NCBI GenBank assembly: GCA_024626585.2
Contig: JANKJI020000002.1
Span: 147,740,447 to 147,760,817, forward strand
DNA length: 20,371 nt
From: Ginkgo biloba
Taxonomy: Eukaryota > Plantae > Ginkgophyta
Direction of reading: 5' to 3'
Below, piece by piece: positions 1 through 10,894 of the stretch; the first letter of the stretch is position 1, and each line of letters begins with the position of its first letter. A program made the translations under genes and the position numbers. The notes under the pieces are model-generated. The model did no database searches. It had not been told where the DNA came from and saw only the letters and a list, made by a program, of their open reading frames with translations.

Positions 1-41
1 GAAGTTCACCTAGATATTTTTGTAAAGAGAGAGAGAGAGAG

Positions 42-479
42 GGATTTTATTGTCATAAAAATAATTCCAAGGTGCACATCATAGGCACATCCAAGTTATT
101 AATATTGTGGAGAAAATAACTAGAGAATTATAACACACACATGCACCCAACAACAACCCCGCCCCCCGCCAAATGATTATGTGAAAAATCAAATGGGATT
201 TGACTCAACACCTTAGCGAATCAACCATTATACTAGTCCAAGAATCATGAGAGCTTCAAAATCTCTTTAATTTGGTTTGCATAAGGATCACGGCATATTG
301 GCCTTTTAAACCACTAAAGGAGCCCCCGTATAACTAATGTGGGATAAACATCATGAAAGGAGAGAGGATTTTAATTTCATAGAAAGAATTCCAAGGTACA
401 CATCATAAGTGCATCCGACTTATTAAGCTTGTGGAGACAATTGTTAGAAAATTATAGCACACACGTGCACCCAACAACA
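42..479. repeat. Dispersed direct repeat, 114 bp x2 (42..155 and 366..479), with an (AG)8 tract at 26-41
   Basis: Ungapped manual alignment at offset 324 gives about 95/114 identities (~83%). Confidence 0.9.
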
Positions 480-949
480 CCACCCCCCAAAGATTGTATA
501 CAAATGAGTGATTCCATCCTAATAGGGTCATTGACAATCTATATGCTATGAATACATCACACATATCTAATGGCAACATAGCGCAATTATTTTTGCATGG
601 AAAGCCAATTTCATTTTTTGAGGACCCTCATTGACTCCTTTTGTAGTCCATGTATTTATGTAAATATAAAAGCTCCATTTCAACACAAAAAAAACAAATG
701 AATGCAATCGAAAGTAAAATACATATTCCTCTTTTAATGTGAATGATTACATAGCACATATCTAAAAGCAACTACAAATGTAATCAAATTTGAAATACCT
801 ATTCACCCTTTTAATATAAAAGGGCTTTTCTAAGAGCAATTATCCTCTAAAAAATGGCAATTAGAACATATTTTTCCCTGGTACGCTAATTTTGACAATG
901 AAAATTCTTCCCCCCCTACTTGGGGTTTCCGTTTTTGAAGAGGGTAAGC

Positions 950-1215
950 TATGTGGCCAACAGTGGCACTGTGCAATTGGCTTTTGGGCCTTTGAAAGGA
1001 CATTGATCCAATAGCACAGTGCCACCCGCTGTGAATTATTGGCCGCGAAGCGGGGCGGGGCGGGGCAGGGCAACGGATGCAATTGAAGCCTTGATATGAC
1101 CAAACACGTGGTGGACAAAGATTGGCACTAAGGGAAGGAGAGTTTGTGGATGAGATTCTTTTTATCAAAATCTGTGGGTATCCAACCATCCACCACACAT
1201 TTATCTATCCATTCA
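950..1215 (+). promoter_or_regulatory. GAPB proximal promoter with light-type cis elements
   Basis: GC- and CpG-rich island upstream of the ATG. G-box ACACGTGG 1104-1111; GCCAC (SORLIP1) 1021-1025 with reverse copies at 953 and 963; TGGGCC 985-990; CCAAT at 1008 and reverse ATTGG at 976, 1038 and 1121; GC boxes 1051-1066; TATCCA at 1179 and 1206. No canonical TATAAA seen and the TSS is not determined. Confidence 0.6.
963..1025. repeat. 63-bp imperfect palindrome centred on 994
   Basis: GTGGCACTGTGCAATTGG (963-980) pairs with CCAATAGCACAGTGCCAC (1008-1025) at 17/18; the inner CCTTT-G-AAAGG (989-999) shares the same centre. Confidence 0.9.
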
Positions 1216-1285
1216 AACATAATTGTATTCAATCAATTTAAATCACCAATTTGCCATCTCTGATCACACGCAGCTGCGAAGAAGA

Positions 1286-3071
<1,786 letters not shown>

Positions 3072-4915
3072 GTAATCAAATGTGATTACCTGCGGATTAT
3101 GTATTTATTTCTATTTCTATTTCCCTTGTATNNNNNNNNNNNNNNNNNNNNNNNNNNNNNNNNNNNNNNNNNNNNNNNNNNNNNNNNNNNNNNNNNNNNN
3201 NNNNNNNNNNNNNNNNNNNNNNNNNNNNNNNTTATCTTTGTCTAATTATCTTGTGGATATTTTTTTGAGATCTTGCCTTTGAATCTTTGAGTTAGAATTT
3301 TCTAAATCATTTTTTCTAAATTCTATGAGTGCATAGATTCCCTTCTAAGTTTTTGAGTAGGTAATTTTGTATCTCCATAGGTATGTATGGGTCATTTTCT
3401 TAGGTGATGTATGAAGGTGTATGGCTTCAACATCTTTCCACATATTTTTGGGCTCCTGTGTACTTTATTATATTTTTGTGAATTATTTTTTCTTTACTAC
3501 ATTAGTGCACACTCCTCAAGCACACACTAATATGGTATATCTCTATAATGCATGAGTTGACTTGATATTATAAAAAATACCAAACTAAGAGTGCTTTAGA
3601 GAATTTATCCAATCATACAGTGGATAGAACTTTGTAGAAGAGCTTAAATTTAGTGTTGTAGAAGGTTATAAGGTTGATTACCCCCTTAGATTTATCGTTC
3701 ATACACTTCCACACTTTTAAAGGTCATTGCTTCAAGCCTCCAACTAAGGGGGTATATCACTTCCAACTCAAAATAAACTAACATGAGAAAATAATGAATA
3801 CAACCCTCTAATTCAACAACCCAAGGCTCTCTTAAATAGACATGAGCTATGGATAAAGTTGGAGCTTGCTCNNNNNNNNNNNNNNNNNNNNNNNNNNNNN
3901 NNNNNNNNNNNNNTTTCTACCCTTGTAAAAATTCTTTTAATGATTAAGTCCATATGACTATCCATCTATCTAAGGAATTCATCCATGCAAGGAGTCCTTC
4001 TAAAAGTATGGTTGGCAGTCAGTGTGCCACATAGAAAAAAAATTATAGTGAGGATTTTTTTTTAAGTAATTATACGATAAATACAAAAAATACTTAAAAA
4101 GGATTCCATAAGGTCATATCCCCCATTTATAGTATCTAGGCATAAAATACTTTCTCTAAAGTTCTAATCCCTCTTAGGCTCACAACCCCCTATTANNNNN
4201 NNNNNNNNNNNNNNNNNNNNNNNNNNNNNNNNNNNNNNNNNNNNNNNNNNNNNNNNNNNNNNNNNNNNNNNNNNNNNNNNNNNNNNNNNNNNNTGTCTCA
4301 ACTCTATCTTCAATCTATCTAAATTGAGTTACTTTGCCTAATGTAGATAAAGAAACTTTGTTTGACCACTTATGTAGTGATCCGCTCTAATTATTATGCG
4401 GTGTGTCCCTTCTCAACCCTAAAAAATAATCATTGGTACATATACATATCCTCTTTATTATCTAACTTCCCTTAAGGTGTAGAAGTAATTAAGGTTTATT
4501 AGATGTATGTAGTATTCTCAACTAATTTGGCACTAGGATGAAAGAATCTTTTCCTTTATTCTTTCAAACTATACTTGATGGAGGAGTAAATGAGAAGAAT
4601 TGATGTCCTATAATAGGCCAAACAACTCTAAGAGATGATGGTAGAAATGGTATGCATAAAATCATTCATGAGACAAGTGGAAATAATAAATAAAAAGCTA
4701 AAAGCAATAAGTAGGCTTTGTATAAAGATCTCTCTTATTTTTCTATATGGATGGCATGGTGATGAAGCTAAAGGAAATGCAAGTTCATGAGTTTCTTAAA
4801 CCAATTTACTAACCATGGAAGTAACATACATTACTATAGAGGTAGAAGTTAGAACTATCTTGAGTATTACACCCTTGTGCACTTTACACTCTTGTTGATA
4901 AGCATATATTTGTAA

Positions 4916-5220
4916 TTCTTATAATAAATAAAAGGACTTCCCAAAAATACACGTGTCTAATCCATATGAACTATTTTGCATGTAGTCCCATAAATATATT
5001 GAGATGTGATTATAAGTTTAAATGTGCATTATAAATTCACTTATTTTACTACCATCCTTTGTTCTTTTACTAATGTAATAAGGATCAGGATGAGGTGTAA
5101 TATCAACCCAAATTACTCTATTAATGATAAAGTCAAATTCTTCTAACTTCCATTATTGATTATGGCTGGTACTAGAGTGTTCTTGATTTGTATCCTAAGT
5201 GTGAACAATCTTCCCCTTTC
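4916..5220 (-). mobile_element. Degenerate Ty3/Gypsy aspartic protease relic
   Basis: Minus-strand translation with stops and frameshifts: ERGRLFTLRIQIKNTLVPAIINNGS*KNL...TPHPDPY...CTFKLIITSQYIYGTTCKIVHMD*TRVFLGSPFIYYK. This follows the plant chromovirus protease pattern LF-x-I...IIDSGSQKNL...TPHPxPY...CDVVPMD...LGSPY. Confidence 0.75.
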
Positions 5221-5711
5221 CTTATTTACCTATTGTGTGAATAACATCACAGGAATATATGGTACATTACATATAAAAGGTATAGAAGGTGAAGTCAAAT
5301 AATCTTCTTAAGTATATGCTTGCAATGACTAACATTCTAGTTTTGAGTGTTGGACAAAACACTCATTNNNNNNNNNNNNNNNNNNNNNNNNNNNNNNNNN
5401 NNNNNNNNNNNNNNNNNNNNNNNNNNNNNNNNNNNNNNNNNNNNNNNNNNNNNNNNNNNNNNNNNNNTTTCTTTGTGTGTTAATTATTTTTCTACTATTC
5501 TATTTAATTATTTTCAACTAGGATGTAAACCAATATAATGGAACCTAACACATGACACCATCCAAATTATGATACATCAAATATGGAGAGACTAGATGTG
5601 AAAAATGTCTTAGATTTCATGAAAAATATGGTGCTTTGACCATAGCAATTAGGTGCGATTCTCGCTTCTCTTAAAGTTCTTACTTCCTAACCTAAAGAAA
5701 CATCTACAAGT

Positions 5712-6080
5712 ATGAATATGGCCATGAATATCAATGTCAATCCATTTTATGGATCACAATATCCTAAGAAAATATATACTTGGATTAGATTACTAGATAA
5801 TTGGTTCAAGTATTCTAATATGTTAAAATATGACCCTTATGGTTATGAGGAAGGTCATAAAATAAAATTGACTCAATTATGGCAAGGGAAAGGATAAAGT
5901 ATCCAATCATATATATAAGAGTTTCACAAGTTGTGAATTTAACTTCACATCAAAGATCCAAAAGAATACCTCATCATCAAACTCAAGAGTGGTATACACT
6001 TAATGACTTTCTAAAAGATTAAGTATTTTCCTATCAATAAGGTATAAAAAACATTTTAGTTTGTTGTACATTTTAGAGAA
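5712..6080 (+). mobile_element. Degenerate Ty3/Gypsy gag relic (host element A, left part)
   Basis: ORF 5712..5897 and read-through: NVNPFYGSQYPKKIYTWIRLLDNWF...YDPYGYEE...QLWQGKG*SIQSYI*EFHKL*I*LHIKDPKEYLIIKLKSGIH, matching the Retrotrans_gag pattern FYPxGY...LRQGKGQSVQEYTxEFxKL...KYxxGLH. Confidence 0.75.
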
Positions 6081-6463
6081 AAATGTGAGGACTATGCCAT
6101 ACATTTTAGAATAAGTGTTAGTTTTATCATAAACAAAGAGGTTATGGTGAATGGATCTCTTCCTCTTCTAAAAATTCTTCTTTCAATTCAAATGCTATAA
6201 AAGGAAGGGTTTTATTTTTTATAATAGATTTTNNNNNNNNNNNNNNNNNNNNNNNNNNNNNNNNNNNNNNNNNNNNNNNNNNNNNNNNNNNNAATAAAAA
6301 TAATCAAAATCCCCATCACACCCCTCCTAACACATTGGTTACACTTGAAATAGAGGAGACTATTATTGTTGTGGTTTAAAACATAAAACTTATCTTATTA
6401 GGGATGCATTTCAATAAACCTAGATCATAAGAGTTTTATGGAATTATATGTGTTACAACAAAT

Positions 6464-8141
6464 TGATCTCGGATGGATCCATAGAATATTACATATAGGG
6501 TTCCATAACATGGAGTATAGGATCTTGGAGTCATCTATGAGTAAAATGTAGGTCAACCAATTCACTTGCACATCATGTGTAAGTAAATCACTTGTTAAGT
6601 GATTTACTTACACATCATGTGTAAGTATCTCACCTACATGTTAAGTGTAGGTGAGATATTAAAAAACCCATCGATGAATCAAACTAAGCTAAAGACACAA
6701 GGAATATCACTTGCATCTCAACTATAAGTGAAATGGAGTGGATTTGAAAGTGAATCAATGTCAAAGAGTGAGGTCACTAACTTACACTACAACAACAAGT
6801 GAATCTTAGAAACTCACCTACAATCAGTTTCCCTCACTACAATTTTCTTTTAGGTGGACCCAAGTGATTTATATAAGCCCATAGAATTATACTCTTTGGT
6901 TCACTTGCAATTAGAGTGAAAATTACCTAAATTTATTTTAATTATATACTAAATACATGATGCAAGTAACCCAATAGAGAATTCATTTGCACATAGGTTG
7001 CAAGTAAGTTACTTGCATATAGGCTACAAGTAAGTCACTTGCACACAAATTGCAAGTGACTTTCTGTCAATTGATGGAGAACTACCTACACAGNNNNNNN
7101 NNNNNNNNNNNNNNNNNNNNNNNNNNNNNNNNNNNNNNNNNNNNNNNNNNNNNNNNNNNNNNNNNNNNNNNNNNNTAAGGTGCAAGTGATTTTCTATCAA
7201 TTGACGGAGACTTCCTATCATTTTCTAAATAGTCAACCTTCAGGTAAAACTAGGAAAAATCCATACAGATTCAACCTTTGGTCAAACAAGAAAAGTTGTA
7301 GTATTTTCTGTTAGCTTTGAAACAAGCATAGGGAGATGAAAAACAAAGCAATCGTTCACAAGTTATGGTCAAAATCGTGACTTCCTATCATAAACTGACG
7401 AGAATGAAGAGACATTTTGGNNNNNNNNNNNNNNNNNNNNNNNNNNNNNNNNNNNNNNNNNNNNNNNNNNNNNNNNNNNNNNNNNNNNNNNNNNNNNNNN
7501 NNNNNNNNNNNNNNNNNNNNAAAATGGAGCAAGGGTTTGCAAGTTATAGTCAAAATGATGAATTCTTATTATAAAGTGGCAGGAATGAAGAGACATTTTG
7601 GGATGATGTTTTCAGTAAATTGATAATATAATATTGTTATATATTCTACCATGACTCTTGGATGTCCATATTATAGAAAATATGATGGTTCAGATTCCCT
7701 TTGGAGGGAATTGAACATCTAAGTTAAAAATATACATGTAACATATTCTTTGGATGTAAATGTCTTAATGCATATTTTATTTAAAATATAAGTGAGACTT
7801 AATGGATTCTTCCTCATCCTCTTTTCTCTTTTGTTGAATCTCTAGCCTTTTTAGAGAGAGTCCCATTTGGGTTTTCCCACATAGTGGGAAATTTCGACCC
7901 ATAGACATATAGCCTATTTGGGAAGAATTTGGTAATTAAATCAACATTTTATTTCTTTCATAAATTTGTTTGTTTTCACATGCGTTATGAATTCCATATT
8001 CATTTGTGATTTATTCCTTATGATCCCAAATCATCTCCAAAAGGTTTAGATTTGTACTTATACCTTTGTATAAGAGGGATTCATGTAATATTTTTAAAAA
8101 TGATTCTTAATATGCATATTTCATAGGGATATTTAAAATAA
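6464..8141 (+). repeat. 5' LTR of element B (~1.7 kb including two gaps)
   Basis: Colinear with 10895..12716. Starts TGATC; its end (tcatagggatatttaaaataa) aligns to tcataggtatattttggatca, so the terminal CA has decayed to AA. One well-conserved 111-bp block aligns at ~79% by hand. Confidence 0.88.
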
Positions 8142-8144
8142 TAA

Positions 8145-8155
8145 TGGTATCAAAG
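8145..8155 (+). other. Primer binding site, tRNA-iMet type
   Basis: TGGTATCAAAG, one mismatch from TGGTATCAGAG, 3 nt after the 5' LTR end. Confidence 0.85.
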
Positions 8156-10074
8156 ATGGTTTGATAACTTTGAGAAATAAATATATTAGGGATCAATATA
8201 TAGCTCTAGGAATATGAAAGGCTCTTAAATTAGTTTTAGAGCGAACCCTATAGATACTCCATTTATTGGATTTTTTGTAGTTCTACTAATTAATAATGGA
8301 GTTCTACAAATATATGTACTTATTAAATGCTATTGGAATTAGTGAAGAAGGTGATGAGGGAAACCATTCCTCAGAACCCCTATAATTAGGCCTCTTTCCT
8401 TTGTAGGCAGTGTAAATATGAAAGTCCTAATTGAGGGAAAATAGGTTTAGGTACATATGATGATAGAGGATAAATAGAAGAGAGAGGAAATTACCAAGTA
8501 AAGGCTTGTGATTCCACTAAGATCACTTTTGATTCACTCCTTATGTATAGGCAAAACTATATGATTCCATTAGGTTATAGCCTATGATTCCATTGAGTAT
8601 AGGCTATGATTTCTTCTAAGTATTAGCTTGAAAATACATATGAATGTTCAAGGTCATATTTTGGTATGAAGGTGATATTTTTACTCGAAGTAAATTATTC
8701 TCTAGGATGATCCTTTCAAGGTAGTAGACAAAGTTTTCTAGAGATGATGAGACATTCTTAATCCAATGAGTGTTTAGCACTCACTAAAATTGTAACAACT
8801 ACATTATACTAAGTAAAATTTATTGAATTACTTCAACTAAGGGATGGTCCTAAGATATATAGTAACAAGATAGATTTCCATTATAGTATATTTTTTTTCT
8901 ACTCTAGATGATTGGTAAGATCCTACATAAAAGATTCTGATAAGATTTGAAGCGATAGGCTCTTCATGTTATTCATAATAGTTCACCGACTCATCCAAAT
9001 TTAGAGATACTTCATAGCATTAGAAACTACAACAATATGACCTAATTTTATGAACAACAAGATGTAATAATCTTGGCCATCAAGAATTTTTATAACGAGA
9101 TTGGCATTCACGTATATGGTCAACAGAGCTTGAAATAACTTTGTGAGATATAGGTTGCATGTACATTTATTTCTAAGTTACCATCTCTAAAATTCCTATA
9201 TGATATGAAGAAACTATAAGGTATCCCTATATTCATTATGGAATTATGACTACTATAATTAATCATGGATATTATCATATTTCATATTTGTTATAAATGA
9301 GTCTCCTTTTAGTAATAGAGACTTTTAGGTGAACTATAGATAAATTCACCAATTGAAGGGATTATGAGTCCATTAAGCCCACTTGTGATTTTAAAACCCC
9401 TAGATGGAGCTTGTGATTCCACTAGTCTAATTTTGTGACTTATCAAGGAACTCATCACGGATATTTCTAAGCTTCACCTTGCGATTCTTACCTACAAGAA
9501 AAATAGAAAAATCTCTTAGTATAGATATTTTTAGAGGAAGTGAAACCTGATTGACTAAGTTAAAGATTACGATTCCATAAATCTCACATGCAATTTTTTG
9601 TATTTTATCAGGTAGTACCCTACGAGTGAACTAAGAACCACCTACAAGTTAATTATCAATCACATTCATAATAACAATATGATATTCACATCTTATGAAA
9701 AGGATAATAAGGACCATAATCTGTAGAGAAGGGAGGTGTAATCCACCTAAAGGCCTAGTTTATTACACATGGAATAAAAATATTTATCTTTAGGAATTAT
9801 AATATCCTATAATAAAAAGTAAATATGTATCAAGGAATAACATTAGTTCTTTATAGTAAACCTAATTTTTCAAGAGAGAAATAACTCATTGAATGCCAAT
9901 AAAATTAACTCTTTATGAAGAGTATTTCCATAGAGGAACTATCCATTAACCTAAGATAGCTAATAGGTATGGTTATGTATTTGGATAAGGGAATATAATG
10001 GATTCCAAAGTACATATATGTAGTCCTATTATAGTGAATGTATAAGGTACAATCTATAGATTAAGATTCTAAAC

Positions 10075-10744
10075 TATCTTTTAATGGGCCAATAGAACTG
10101 CATGAATGGATGGACAAGATTAATCTAACCTTGCAACAAGAAGGAATTAAAGAACATTATAATATTGTACAAACAACCATCTAGTTCATGGATGGACCAA
10201 CACATGCTTAGGCAATAAGATGGCTAGACAGGAGTGATAACATCCCATACATTTTTAGAAGGTTTAAGTACAAATTCTGCAAATGTTCATAACTAGAATG
10301 AATCATACAAGGTACAATTAGCTCACTTTTATAAAAGGGAAGCAATAGTGGAGGAATACACAAAGAAGTTACAAATCCTAGAAACAAAGGTAAATGATAT
10401 AAAAGAGGAGGATGTTCTAGAATTCTATGTAGCCAATCTAAGGCCTGAAGTAAGGGGAGAAGTAAGGATGTTCAAACCAAGAACACTAGAATATTTAATA
10501 TTTTATGTTTGTTAGGTTGAAGATAAACAAGGAGCCTTTTGAAGGAGGTTTATACCAACACAAATGAGACCTCAACCACCCAATACGGATCGTCAAGTTA
10601 TCCAAACCTAGAATATACAACGAGAGGAGACACAAAAGGAAGTTAAGAAAGAAGGAAGGCGATGATACTACTATAGAGAACCATATAACATGGATCATAA
10701 ATGCCAACGGGGATAAACAAATTTCTTCATAGAAAATACACCAG
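10075..10744 (+). mobile_element. gag of element B (degenerate) with zinc-knuckle relic
   Basis: FNGPIELHEWMDK...FMDGPTHA*AIRW; IVEEYTKKLQILETKVNDIKEEDVLEFYVANLRPEVRGEVRMFKPRTLE (to 10491); *YYYREPYNMDHKC (10663-10704), a decayed C-x2-C-x7-H-x-C knuckle. Runs into the N gap at 10745. Confidence 0.85.
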
Positions 10745-10880
10745 NNNNNNNNNNNNNNNNNNNNNNNNNNNNNNNNNNNNNNNNNNNNNNNNNNNNNNNN
10801 NNNNNNNNNNNNNNNNNNNNNNNNNNNNNNNNNNNNNNNNNNNNTATCCTAAATAAAGGATGATGGAGACTTCCATCTTC

Positions 10881-10892
10881 AAAGAGGAGGGG
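10881..10892 (+). other. Polypurine tract of element B
   Basis: AAAGAGGAGGGG 2 nt before the TG of the 3' LTR. It reads ...IFKEEGYD in frame, like chromovirus pol ends that run through the PPT. Confidence 0.85.
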
Positions 10893-10894
10893 TA

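Noticed and set aside
548-772. ~30-bp direct repeat (548-577 and 743-772, cacatatctaa core)
   Set aside because: Short and AT-rich, with no associated structure I can support.
830-1198. Minus-strand ORFs of 122 and 85 aa over the promoter
   Set aside because: No recognisable domain; explained by GC-rich promoter sequence (PAPPRP comes from the CGGGG repeat).
3655-4195. LTR-like sequence on the minus strand (TGTTG start, reverse TATA-like motifs)
   Set aside because: No partner LTR, PBS, PPT or TSD found, and broken by gaps; too weak to call.
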